From a virus (taxonomy: Duplodnaviria > Caudoviricetes), in IMG/VR virus record IMGVR_UViG_3300012667_000261, positions 1 through 35,695 of that record: a stretch of DNA of 35,695 nucleotides; one strand, given 5' to 3'. The notes under the pieces were generated by a model, which ran no database searches, had not been told where the DNA came from, and saw only the letters and a program-made list of their open reading frames with translations. The position numbers were made by a program, and so were the translations under genes. Shown here one piece after another: positions 17,725 to 26,396 of this stretch (the stretch's first letter is position 1; each line of letters opens with the position of its first letter).

Positions 17725-18701
17725 TTCCAAGCCCTCACGACAATGCGCCAGTTCGCATATGTCAGGATTGTCCGCAGGCCCGTCGAAAAATCAGGAATAG
17801 CGACGGCCTGCGCTCCAACCTTCACCTTGATCTGGGTCGCATTCATTGCCATCGCAATGCCGTTGTTTGCCCCGTCGCCAAAGGTTTCAGCGCCGACAGG
17901 CCCATACCAATCGTTGACAGCATACCCAGCATCAGCAGTTGTGCAGACGAGCCACATTTGGGCGTCAGCAGGCGTTCCGCCCAGCCCGTGAGTGAGCGTG
18001 AACGTGGTCCCGGACGTGAAGGATTGCTGTGCGCTTTGGTATGTCTGGGTATGCGGAGACGCCCATGTAGCGACTGCACCAGTGCCGCCAGATGTCAGAA
18101 CTTGCCCAGCATTGCCGTAATCCGAGCCAATTCCAAACTCACCAGCCGCGCCGAACCTGAAGCGCGTGCCGCCGTTGACGACAAAGCTCATATAGTCAAA
18201 GGCGTGATCATAATCGATGTTGCCGACGATAGCGCTGGCGCTGTCGCCGAAATACAAGACCGACGAGCCATCCGTGTTGCCCGTGCGGATCTGATACGTT
18301 GTGTTTGCCGCTGCGGTTGCGGATCCGTTCTGAATGATGTTTCCCGTGAATGTCGGGCTTGCAATGGGCGATTTTGCATCCAACTGCGTTTGGATGGCAG
18401 ATGTGACGCCATCCGTATAGTTCAGTTCGGTAACCGTCGCCGTGATGCCGTCAAGAGCGTTGATCTCCGCCGCCGTCGCCGTGACACCGTCAAGGATGTT
18501 CAACTCGGCAGCAGACGATGTGACAGCCGTGCCGCCAACCTTCCATAGACCCAGCGACAAATTCGGCTTGATCGCCGTCGTTCCGTCCAGCAGATCGTCG
18601 ATGCTATCAAGGTCAGCGTTGAGCTTGGTACCCCAAGTGTCTTCGGAAGCGCCCGGCTCTGGCTTCACAAGCCCGTAGGTTGTCGTTGTCGTATCGGCCA
18701 T
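17721..18701 (-). CDS. Tail fibre protein
   Basis: N-terminal anchor [28 protein letters not shown]; TA.AAELN.LDGV repeats; [11 protein letters not shown]; THGLGGTP. Confidence 0.85.
   Translation of the reverse strand: MADTTTTTYGLVKPEPGASEDTWGTKLNADLDSIDDLLDGTTAIKPNLSLGLWKVGGTAVTSSAAELNILDGVTATAAEINALDGITATVTELNYTDGVTSAIQTQLDAKSPIASPTFTGNIIQNGSATAAANTTYQIRTGNTDGSSVLYFGDSASAIVGNIDYDHAFDYMSFVVNGGTRFRFGAAGEFGIGSDYGNAGQVLTSGGTGAVATWASPHTQTYQSAQQSFTSGTTFTLTHGLGGTPADAQMWLVCTTADAGYAVNDWYGPVGAETFGDGANNGIAMAMNATQIKVKVGAQAVAIPDFSTGLRTILTYANWRIVVRAWK
18405..18521 (-). repeat. Three tandem 13-aa repeats in the tail fibre shaft
   Basis: [13 protein letters not shown] / [13 protein letters not shown] / [13 protein letters not shown]. 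Confidence 0.85.
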
Positions 18702-18750
18702 CGCTGCCCCCTATATTTCGCTTGACCCTATCACAAGGCAGGCTTTTGCG

Positions 18751-19335
18751 CTATCCCCACGCAGAAGACGCCCCAGCCTGCGCAATCCAGTCAGTGCCAG
18801 CATTGGAACCAGCGGCCCAATCCGCCCCCGATCCGCCCTGCGTCACCCACCCAGCGACCGCACTGCTTCCCGGCGTCCAATCCTCTCCTTGCGGCGTGTC
18901 AGGCTCCCATTTCAGCACGGCCTGCATGGATGCGACAGAAGCCACAGATGACAATGCGCTGGCGTTTGTGATGATAACGGCAGAAGCTATAGCGCCGCTC
19001 GATGCAGACGCGCTTGCCGATGTGGTGAAGATCACGCTAGCCGCCGCGACGGCATCACTCAGCGCTGACCCAACCGCTTGCGCATCGTATACCGCAGAGG
19101 CAGACGCCGCCGCGGATGATGTCACTGATGCCGCTGCCGCTGCCTGCTGCACGAGGATGGCCGCAGCAGTTGCCCCTGACGTAACGCTTGCAGGCGCGAT
19201 GGCAGCGCAGGTCAAATACGCCGCAGCCGTTGCCGCGCTGCTTACCGTCGCAAGCGCGCTGGCCGTGATGACGGATGAGGCAGCCCCGGCATCGTCAGCA
19301 AGTGGGGCAGATGCGAGCGGATAGAACCCAAGCAC
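18751..19335 (-). CDS. Ala/Ser-rich virion structural protein
   Basis: MLGFYPLASAPLA N-terminus, low-complexity body, Trp every 10 aa at the C-terminus; in tail module. Confidence 0.7.
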   Translation of the reverse strand: MLGFYPLASAPLADDAGAASSVITASALATVSSAATAAAYLTCAAIAPASVTSGATAAAILVQQAAAAASVTSSAAASASAVYDAQAVGSALSDAVAAASVIFTTSASASASSGAIASAVIITNASALSSVASVASMQAVLKWEPDTPQGEDWTPGSSAVAGWVTQGGSGADWAAGSNAGTDWIAQAGASSAWG

Positions 19336-19339
19336 TCAA

Positions 19340-19507
19340 TCACCCATCGGCTGGAGGCGCAAATGTCGTTCCGTCATAGGTCCAGCCCGGACCGACTTCC
19401 GGCGGCGCTGTAACCCAATCTTCCATGTGCGGCGGGATATCCCAAAGCAGATAGGCGTCAACCACGACGCCATCTTCAACCTTGGCTTTGACGATAGGAT
19501 CAATCAT
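19340..19507 (-). CDS. 55-aa tail-fibre assembly/chaperone-like protein (not in ORF track)
   Basis: Hand translation [55 protein letters not shown]; GWTYDG..F.PP motif; ATGA overlap with upstream fibre gene. Confidence 0.8.
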   Translation of the reverse strand: MIDPIVKAKVEDGVVVDAYLLWDIPPHMEDWVTAPPEVGPGWTYDGTTFAPPADG

Positions 19508-20295
19508 GACCACGGCCCCACAGATGTCATGCCAGTTTTGGCTGACACTTGCTGAATGAAGAATGAGCTACTGGCCGATACGGAAGCGGCAGCGGCTGTT
19601 GCCAAACCGATTGAGGGAATAATTGTCCCCGCCGTAGTAACCTCAAAGAAACCATCAACCGTAAAATTCACAGTTGCGGCTGTTGCTGCGGTCACCACCC
19701 CCGTAGTGGTTGCAGTAAGCGCACCGCCAACACCAGAAAGCGCCCCTACACTTCCGGTAGTTTCTTTTCCGACGGTAAAAATGCGAGGGCGGGCGAGAAC
19801 AGCCGTGCCAGCCCCGAGAACATCAAAGTTTGCGTTCCCCGATGTGATGGACATGGACGACACGTTAATAATAGCCGAGTATTGGTAAAGACCTTTTTCC
19901 AGCGTCAACGCGCCGTTGGTCCCGATATTAAACAGCTTCTGCATCGCAGTGGTGCTGGTCAACGTATAAGCTGCGTCAGGATAGACCCAATACGTCACGC
20001 CACCGAAGTCTTCTGCCACAGCGGAGACATAGGCCACGGCAGAACCAGACAGGCTCAGAAGTGACCCCGTGCTGCTTTCAGACAGAACGCGCGTCATGGT
20101 GGTGCCGGATGAGGTGTAGATACCCGTTCCGATCTCCCATGCGGTTCCATCTTCAATGACGTAGCGGACAGTTGTCCCATCAGTCACACCAGCCGCCGCA
20201 AACGACTGAAACCCAGACGACGCGGAACCAAGAGTGATTGTCCCGGTCCCGGTCGTTGCCGTTGTCATCTTCGCGCGGTTGGCAAGCATCGGCAT
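19504..20295 (-). CDS. Second tail fibre / receptor-binding protein
   Basis: N-terminal [18 protein letters not shown]...GFQSF...WEIGTG module common in phage fibres; followed by chaperone-like gene. Confidence 0.75.
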   Translation of the reverse strand: MPMLANRAKMTTATTGTGTITLGSASSGFQSFAAAGVTDGTTVRYVIEDGTAWEIGTGIYTSSGTTMTRVLSESSTGSLLSLSGSAVAYVSAVAEDFGGVTYWVYPDAAYTLTSTTAMQKLFNIGTNGALTLEKGLYQYSAIINVSSMSITSGNANFDVLGAGTAVLARPRIFTVGKETTGSVGALSGVGGALTATTTGVVTAATAATVNFTVDGFFEVTTAGTIIPSIGLATAAAASVSASSSFFIQQVSAKTGMTSVGPWS

Positions 20296-20307
20296 GCGTT
20301 GGCGTCC

Positions 20308-20688
20308 TTAGTTCAGGGTCACGTCAATGTCACCGGCAGGGAAGCGCAGAATATCGCCCGTGCCAATCGTCTTGGATGCCGTCAACGTGGCGTAAACCAG
20401 CATGTTGCCCGCAGTGGACGCGTCAAAGATAGCCGCATGCGTGATGGTTCCCCAGCTCCCCGTTGCTGTCGGGAACTCGATTGCGCCGCTGTTGGATGCC
20501 GTATCACCCGTTACGGTCATGGTGACAGACTGCCGCGCATATCCGCTGCCGGAAAGCTCAGTGCCGCCGCCCGTTTCTCCCGGTGCAGCAGTGAACAGGC
20601 CGAGATACCACGCCGTCGGGCGCGTCGGTGATCCGGCAGTCAACGCCCACTGAAGGACGCGCGTTTCAAGGTCATTTGTGAAGCTCAT
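20308..20688 (-). CDS. Virion structural protein of the tail module
   Basis: YLGLFTAAPGETGGGTELSGSGYARQ...FPTATGSWGTITH..IFDASTAGN motif. Confidence 0.8.
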   Translation of the reverse strand: MSFTNDLETRVLQWALTAGSPTRPTAWYLGLFTAAPGETGGGTELSGSGYARQSVTMTVTGDTASNSGAIEFPTATGSWGTITHAAIFDASTAGNMLVYATLTASKTIGTGDILRFPAGDIDVTLN

Positions 20689-21311
20689 GGCGCACCTCGT
20701 TTGGTTTTCATCACCAAGCCGGACCCGCCATATTTGGCATCGCTTGAACTGGTGTTCAGGTTGCTGATCCCTGTCGCGAACATGCCTTCCCAGACAGCAA
20801 TGCGCGGATCATCCTTCAAATACGGCGCACTGTGCAATAGCGCACCATAAAGATAAACGTCAGGCGCTTCGGTCAGAAGCCAGTTTGTCGTGTTGCTGAC
20901 AGACAGCGCAGGCACGCGGCCATAATACACCAGCGACGAAGCGTATGTTTGGTCAGGCGTCGGGAACAGTTCAAGCCCGCCAGCCGTCAGCGCGTAATTC
21001 GTCGGTCGCCCCGTGCGGTCATTGCGATCCGTGCGGAGCTGCAGCATCTGCGCCGTGCTGATCGGTGCGACTTCGCTGGTCGGCAGGTCGGTGATCTGCA
21101 GACGGATCGGCTGCAGGAAATCGGCAGGAATGGCGCTGTATTGCGCGTCAAGATCGGCAACGCTGCGCTTTTCCATACGCCAGTGGCGCACCTCGCGGTC
21201 AATGCGGCTTTCTGCCAGGCGGATAAATGACGGGATGGCCGCCGTGAGATCTTCCCGGTTTAGGAAGTCCGCGATGGATGTTTGCAGCTCTGCGTAGGTT
21301 GCGATGGTCAT
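20685..21311 (-). CDS. Head-tail adaptor protein
   Basis: [27 protein letters not shown] and [17 protein letters not shown]....PYLKDD.R motifs. Confidence 0.82.
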   Translation of the reverse strand: MTIATYAELQTSIADFLNREDLTAAIPSFIRLAESRIDREVRHWRMEKRSVADLDAQYSAIPADFLQPIRLQITDLPTSEVAPISTAQMLQLRTDRNDRTGRPTNYALTAGGLELFPTPDQTYASSLVYYGRVPALSVSNTTNWLLTEAPDVYLYGALLHSAPYLKDDPRIAVWEGMFATGISNLNTSSSDAKYGGSGLVMKTKRGAP

Positions 21312-21445
21312 TTCATGCCCTTCTTAGCCTTGCCAGCCTTCGACAGCGCAATGGCTACAGCTTGCTTTTGCGGCTTCCCGGCCTTCATCTCGGTGCGGAT
21401 GTTAGCAGAAACCACCTTGGCGGACGATCCTTTTTTCAGCGGCAT
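21308..21445 (-). CDS. 45-aa highly basic protein (DUF6496-like; not in ORF track)
   Basis: Hand translation [45 protein letters not shown]; ATGA overlap with adaptor. Confidence 0.8.
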   Translation of the reverse strand: MPLKKGSSAKVVSANIRTEMKAGKPQKQAVAIALSKAGKAKKGMK

Positions 21446-21446
21446 G

Positions 21447-23126
21447 TCAATACTGCTCATCTTCGGGCTGCATGGCGAGAAGGCCGAGGGGGAAACCCGC
21501 GCCAGCGGCGGAGAACAGAAGTTGCGGGAAGCGTTGGATCAGCTCTGCGCGGGCCGTGTCAGACCCGTAGGTAAGCACGTCCTTCACGCCCGCCCGCCGC
21601 AAGATGTCGGCCGTCTGCGGTGCGTTTTCTGGCACCAGAGCGGCAGGGAAATCGCCTAGGCTGTATGCGACCTTTGGCTTCGCCTCAAAGTACTCCGTCG
21701 GCATCGTTCTGGCTGTTCTGGCCAGATCTTCAACGTACCCACGCACATCGCTCGGCACGTCGCCAAACCAGTTTGCGCTGCCGCCTCGCCCGATTTCCGT
21801 CATAGCCTCTGGCGCCTCATAGACCAAACGGGGGTTCCTTGCGTACTGCTCGATATCGCCCCTGATTATGCCGTAGGCATCCTTAAACGCGTTTGCGATC
21901 GGCTCAAACTCATTACCTGTAGCCAGAAGGCCGCGCGCTGCTTTAACCTCGCCCGCCGTCTTGAATTGTGGGGTGACTTGGGCCCTGAAAGACCCGGGGC
22001 CGTAATCCCAGCCCTCTGAGCCAGCCGTGTACGCTTTGTCAGATCCCATACGCTTCATGACCGCGTCCAATGTGTACGGCTGCGGCTTTTTGCGATTGCC
22101 GGACGGCGTGAACAAATCTTTCGGGTACAGCACACGCTCCGTGTCGACGTAGGCATCAAACCCTGGCATTTTTGGCGCGTCTTCATACGCCTGATAGCCC
22201 AACTTTGCCCGCACGTCGCTGACGTAATCCCACATGCTGGAATACTTCTTTGGGTCAATCCCTTCCGCCAGACCGAGTTGCGCCGTTTTCATCATCTCGT
22301 CGGCGTCCGCGATGCTGTTGGCCGCGTCCATCCAGTATGTCGCGTCGCGCATGTGGCCAAAGTCCGGGTTTGCCTTCAACGCATCCCGGGCCGTGCGATC
22401 GTTTACAAACTGCACGTCGCCACGGGGCTGTCGCCCGGTATACGCGTCGTTTGGCCACACGTTCACGCTGCGTGACGGCAGCACCATCTCTGGCTGCGCC
22501 AACAGCGTGACATCCCCGAATTTCTCAAGGGGCGCATTGGCCGGCGCAATCGCCAGTGAGGGCATCGGTATGCCGCCGATATCGCTGGCGACTTTTACCC
22601 CGACCGGAGACAGATTGTGCTGTCCTACCATCAGCCCCGGGATAGGGTTGCTGTAGGTCGTCGGCATCGGGCCGCGCTGGTTTAGGCGCTCTGCAATGTC
22701 ACGGCCAACCGCGCGCGCCGTGTCGCCAACAGCCTCCCGCGTCGGAGACCAGCCAAGCAGGCCCTCCATCAGCGCAGTTGCAGCAGGCGCACCCGTGCGG
22801 GCCAAGGCAGCGGCAGGAGCCGCAACGCCAGCCACGCCTGACAACATGTCGCCCAGCGCTGCTACACGATCCCAGCCCGGCACATCAGACGACATCATGC
22901 GTTCACCTGCGCGCATGGATTGACCGATGGCCTCAACCGGGTTGAACGTCTGGTTCAGCAGCGTCAGCTTTTCGCGCAGGCCGCCGACATCAAGAATCCC
23001 CGGAGTTTGCGGCTTTATGCCCTGCGCTTCCATGTCTGGCCGAATACGGCGCACGGGATACAGCATCCCGTCAGCGCGCTGCTCATAAAGCACGTTGCCG
23101 ATTTCGCGCAGGTTCTCGATTGCCAT
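21447..23126 (-). CDS. 559-aa late protein; low-complexity N-terminus plus a globular domain with ADP-ribosyltransferase-like motif order (tentative)
   Basis: GGAGG RBS; motifs [31 protein letters not shown]...[13 protein letters not shown] is solid, function is inferred. Confidence 0.55.
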   Translation of the reverse strand: MAIENLREIGNVLYEQRADGMLYPVRRIRPDMEAQGIKPQTPGILDVGGLREKLTLLNQTFNPVEAIGQSMRAGERMMSSDVPGWDRVAALGDMLSGVAGVAAPAAALARTGAPAATALMEGLLGWSPTREAVGDTARAVGRDIAERLNQRGPMPTTYSNPIPGLMVGQHNLSPVGVKVASDIGGIPMPSLAIAPANAPLEKFGDVTLLAQPEMVLPSRSVNVWPNDAYTGRQPRGDVQFVNDRTARDALKANPDFGHMRDATYWMDAANSIADADEMMKTAQLGLAEGIDPKKYSSMWDYVSDVRAKLGYQAYEDAPKMPGFDAYVDTERVLYPKDLFTPSGNRKKPQPYTLDAVMKRMGSDKAYTAGSEGWDYGPGSFRAQVTPQFKTAGEVKAARGLLATGNEFEPIANAFKDAYGIIRGDIEQYARNPRLVYEAPEAMTEIGRGGSANWFGDVPSDVRGYVEDLARTARTMPTEYFEAKPKVAYSLGDFPAALVPENAPQTADILRRAGVKDVLTYGSDTARAELIQRFPQLLFSAAGAGFPLGLLAMQPEDEQY

Positions 23127-23173
23127 ATTCCGCCTCCGTTTGCGCGCAACATATCACGAAAGGCGCGGCTTGG

Positions 23174-23404
23174 CTATTCGTCGTCATCCTCGAGCAATCC
23201 AAGCGCGTTGATCTTGGCATGCTCCAGCAGCCACAGCGCTTCCATCCGCGAAACGCTGCCAGAGCTACGCAGGTAAAACCGCCCTTCCGGCGTTTCTCCA
23301 ACGATGCATACCTTATCCAGCCCGCGCTCGATGGCCTCGCGCAAGGCTTGCTCTGGCGTTGTCATCTCAACGGGCGACGGAAACGCTGTTACGTTGTCGG
23401 TCAT
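23174..23404 (-). CDS. Conserved hypothetical phage protein
   Basis: 76 aa; ATGA overlap with TerL stop; VCIVGETPEGRFYLRSS...ALWLLE. Confidence 0.7.
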   Translation of the reverse strand: MTDNVTAFPSPVEMTTPEQALREAIERGLDKVCIVGETPEGRFYLRSSGSVSRMEALWLLEHAKINALGLLEDDDE

Positions 23405-24699
23405 GCTACACCTTTCAAATTGCGTCGGATCGGCCCAGTTGAAATGCCGGAATGCTTAGCCTTCTCGCGGTAAATGGCAACCAGCCCGGCAGCATCAGCC
23501 CCGTGGCTGGAATGGTCATGCTCAGGCCCAAGCCCGATGCCGCGCACAGCGTCACGCTTCTCGTGATACCATGCCAGCGCGGCACGTCCACCTTCAGTCG
23601 TGTCCTCGTTGAACCTGCACTGCTGAAATATAGCCCGCAGCGCATATATTCGCTCCACAGCCGCGCCTTTGCCTTGGTTCGGCACAACGTCAACCATGAA
23701 GCCAGCCTCGCGCAGAAAGCGCTCAGGCGTGACGCTGTAGATCGTATCGTGCTTGCGGCCATCATGCGGCAGGACGCATACAGCATCACCCCAGCCGCTC
23801 TTGTGCAGCCATTTGACATGGGTTTCAAACGGCTGCCCGACAGCCTCGTAATAGTCCAGCCAGCGCACTTCCTCTCCGATGTATTGGACGATCCAGATCG
23901 CCGTCGCGTCGGCTGCTGTTGATGTGCTGCCGATATCCCAGACCGCATATGCCTTTTGCATGCCCTGGCGCGGGAAGAACGCAATGCGATCCTCACGGCG
24001 CGCTTTCTCCAGCAGGTCGGCGTAATACGCGCCCTCAAAGCCGCGAAGATATGCGCCTTCCCATACCCATGCGTAAACCGCAGGATCAAGGCTCTTTTGC
24101 TGGTCAAGCCGCAGATCGTTCAGCGCTTTCGGGAAAAATACGTTATCTTCCCAGTTCACCTCGATGACATAAGCGCCATCTGGCTTGTGCCTGCGGAAGC
24201 GCCGATCAACAGGGCTGTTTTCCGTTTTCGGGTTCCACAGCGCCCAGATCTCTGACTTAGGCTGCCGGAAGACTGTTGCTTCAAGCGCAAGCCATGAGCT
24301 TTCGGGAATGTCTTCGGCTTCCTCAACGATAGTCAGATCAATCTTCGCCAGAGATTTGATTGACTGTTCATTGCGCCGCAGACCGCGAAAGATAAACTCA
24401 GTTCCGTTTGCGCCGCGAATGTAATCAACGCCAACATCGTAGTGCGCCGAAAGCCAAGGATGCGCGTCGATGGCGGCTTTCACCTCGGCGTGAAAAGATT
24501 CCTTGATCGATGCCTGAAATTCACGAACGCACAGGATCCGCAGCGGTTCGGCGTAGCCCCAAACAGCCGCCATGATTGCCGCGCTGAATGACTTCCCCGA
24601 GCCGCGTCCGCCGTGCATCGCGCGATAGCGAAATTCCCCGCGCGCCGGAGCGAACAGCGGGACCAGCTTAGGCGGCAGATCAATCGTTGCTGTTTGCAT
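23401..24699 (-). CDS. terL: Terminase large subunit (PBSX-like ATPase domain)
   Basis: Walker A GGRGSGKS, RILCVRE, Walker B TIVEEAE, WNP, nuclease WDIG...HGADA. Confidence 0.95.
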   Translation of the reverse strand: MQTATIDLPPKLVPLFAPARGEFRYRAMHGGRGSGKSFSAAIMAAVWGYAEPLRILCVREFQASIKESFHAEVKAAIDAHPWLSAHYDVGVDYIRGANGTEFIFRGLRRNEQSIKSLAKIDLTIVEEAEDIPESSWLALEATVFRQPKSEIWALWNPKTENSPVDRRFRRHKPDGAYVIEVNWEDNVFFPKALNDLRLDQQKSLDPAVYAWVWEGAYLRGFEGAYYADLLEKARREDRIAFFPRQGMQKAYAVWDIGSTSTAADATAIWIVQYIGEEVRWLDYYEAVGQPFETHVKWLHKSGWGDAVCVLPHDGRKHDTIYSVTPERFLREAGFMVDVVPNQGKGAAVERIYALRAIFQQCRFNEDTTEGGRAALAWYHEKRDAVRGIGLGPEHDHSSHGADAAGLVAIYREKAKHSGISTGPIRRNLKGVA

Positions 24700-25030
24700 C
24701 GGCTGCGCGGATGATGATCTGCTGCGGCTTCATGCTGCCGTCGCTGCTGGTCATGTCGATCTCTTGTTTCTCGCGCCAGCCTGCGCGGGTTTTCATCCAG
24801 AAGATCATGGCGGCGGTGTCGCCCTTGGTGGCCTTATTGAACAGCGCACCGCCGACCGATGCATTGGCGCGGGCCATCGCTTGGTCCAGTTCGGCCCGGT
24901 AGTATTTGGTCAGCGTTTTGTCATCGATGCCCAAGATGTCGGCGATCACTTTTTGCGGCGTGCCGATGGTTGCGTGAAGCTGCACAAGCTGGCGGCTTTC
25001 CTTGCTGGGTTCGTGCGGTCGGCGGCTCAT
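24680..25030 (-). CDS. terS: Terminase small subunit (HTH)
   Basis: HTH QKVIADILGIDDKTLTKYY and AMIFWMKTRAGWRE motif; overlaps TerL start. Confidence 0.85.
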   Translation of the reverse strand: MSRRPHEPSKESRQLVQLHATIGTPQKVIADILGIDDKTLTKYYRAELDQAMARANASVGGALFNKATKGDTAAMIFWMKTRAGWREKQEIDMTSSDGSMKPQQIIIRAADANSND

Positions 25031-26217
25031 GCTGCGATCCTCTTGGTTGCCAGCGCGCTGAACGTCTCGCCTGAGCCTTCAAGCGTTGCCTCTTGCCCGG
25101 TGAAGTCCTGCCAGCGTTTGATGATGACGTCGCAGTATCCGCCGTCACGCTCCATCATGTAAGCGCGACGATCAGTTTTTTCGCATACTATCCCAAGAGT
25201 CCCGCTGCCAGAAAACAGGTCAAGAACCGCGCCTTTTTGCGGAACGGACAGGTATTCCGCCGAGAACTCAATAACCTCAACCGGCTTTTGCGTAGGGTGA
25301 ACGCTGCCCTTTAGTGCCGATCTGTTGACCGTCTTGCTGCGAAGCGGCTTGTCCTCGGTTGTCCATGCGAGTTCGCCGTCGCTCATGGTGAGGCCGTCTT
25401 GCCCCTTGCTCCAATAAATCCATCCGCGCGTTGCGGGCAGAAGGTCCGCGAAATAGTTCCCGCCCCATATGACAGCCGGGACGCCAAGCGCAACGATGTA
25501 GCCAAAGATTGATGCGTCGGGCCGCTCGGCGTCCCATCCTTTTTTCTCGTGGTGCTTTCTGTTGTGCTTTGGGTTTGCGCTGACGGATTTCTTTTGACCG
25601 TCTATGCCAATCCCATAAGGCGGATCCGTAATAATAGCATTCGGAACAGACCCATCCATCAGCCGCTCCACCGCGTCGATGCTGGTGCTGTCCCCGCACA
25701 TCAGCCGATGCCGCCCCAGCACCCACACATCGCCCTCGACGGTCACGGGAACCGCAGGCACCTCTGGCACCGCGTCCTCGTCCGTCAGGCCTTCGGTTGG
25801 CTCGGCCAAGAAGTTGCCGATCTCGTCGGGATTGAAACCCGTCAGGCTCAAGTCAAATCCTTCAGCGTCCAGATCCTGCAACTCAATCTTGAGCAGCTCG
25901 TTATCCCAGCCAGCGTCCAGCGCAAGGCGGTTGTCCGCGATGACATAGGCGCGCTTTTGCGCCTCGGTGAGGTGCGCGGCCTCTATGACGGGCAGCGAAG
26001 CCAGGCCCAGCTTTTGAGCCGCCATGACGCGCCCGTGGCCTGCGACGATGCCGTTCTTGCCGTCCACGATGATGGGGTTGAGAAATCCAAATTCGCGGAT
26101 GCTGGCGGCGATCTTGTCCACCTGTTGCGGCGAATGCGTGCGGCTGTTTCGGGCGTAAGGGATCAGTTCTGCGACGGGGACTGTTTTATAGGTCGGAAAT
26201 TCGCGCCCTGCTGGCAT
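25027..26217 (-). CDS. ParB/Srx-N domain fused to N6A/N4C DNA methyltransferase (beta class)
   Basis: PYARNSRTH...SIREFGF.NP...GHGR...ADNR; TDPPYG, HPTQKP, LDLFSGSGT. Confidence 0.92.
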   Translation of the reverse strand: MPAGREFPTYKTVPVAELIPYARNSRTHSPQQVDKIAASIREFGFLNPIIVDGKNGIVAGHGRVMAAQKLGLASLPVIEAAHLTEAQKRAYVIADNRLALDAGWDNELLKIELQDLDAEGFDLSLTGFNPDEIGNFLAEPTEGLTDEDAVPEVPAVPVTVEGDVWVLGRHRLMCGDSTSIDAVERLMDGSVPNAIITDPPYGIGIDGQKKSVSANPKHNRKHHEKKGWDAERPDASIFGYIVALGVPAVIWGGNYFADLLPATRGWIYWSKGQDGLTMSDGELAWTTEDKPLRSKTVNRSALKGSVHPTQKPVEVIEFSAEYLSVPQKGAVLDLFSGSGTLGIVCEKTDRRAYMMERDGGYCDVIIKRWQDFTGQEATLEGSGETFSALATKRIAA

Positions 26218-26287
26218 TGCTTTCGCCTTTCATCTCGGACCATTCGCCCGGTGGATTTTGCCAGACCAATATAGCCCCGCGCCGAAC

Positions 26288-26315
26288 AAAAAGAAAGCCC
26301 AGCGCGAAGCTGGGC
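26288..26315 (-). terminator. Intrinsic terminator between replication and packaging modules
   Basis: GCCCAGC (26297-26303)/GCTGGGC (26309-26315) followed on the minus strand by TTTCTTTTT. Confidence 0.82.
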
Positions 26316-26360
26316 CAAGTTAAGGCAGACATGCGTTACCAACAGGGAGAGTGCTGGTAA
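26288..26360 (-). ncRNA. Candidate ~70-nt small RNA with anti-SD loop and intrinsic terminator
   Basis: -10 TATGAT at 26365-26370; 9-bp stem UUACCAGCA/UGUUGGUAA with loop CUCUCCC; terminator stem GCCCAGC/GCUGGGC plus U-tract. Confidence 0.55.
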
Positions 26361-26396
26361 ACGGATCATAGCGCGGTGATGTGCGCTTGGGAAGCG

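Noticed and set aside
17652-19324. Plus-strand ORFs of 298 and 214 aa opposite tail genes
   Set aside because: Mirror of Ala-rich minus-strand coding; no independent signals.
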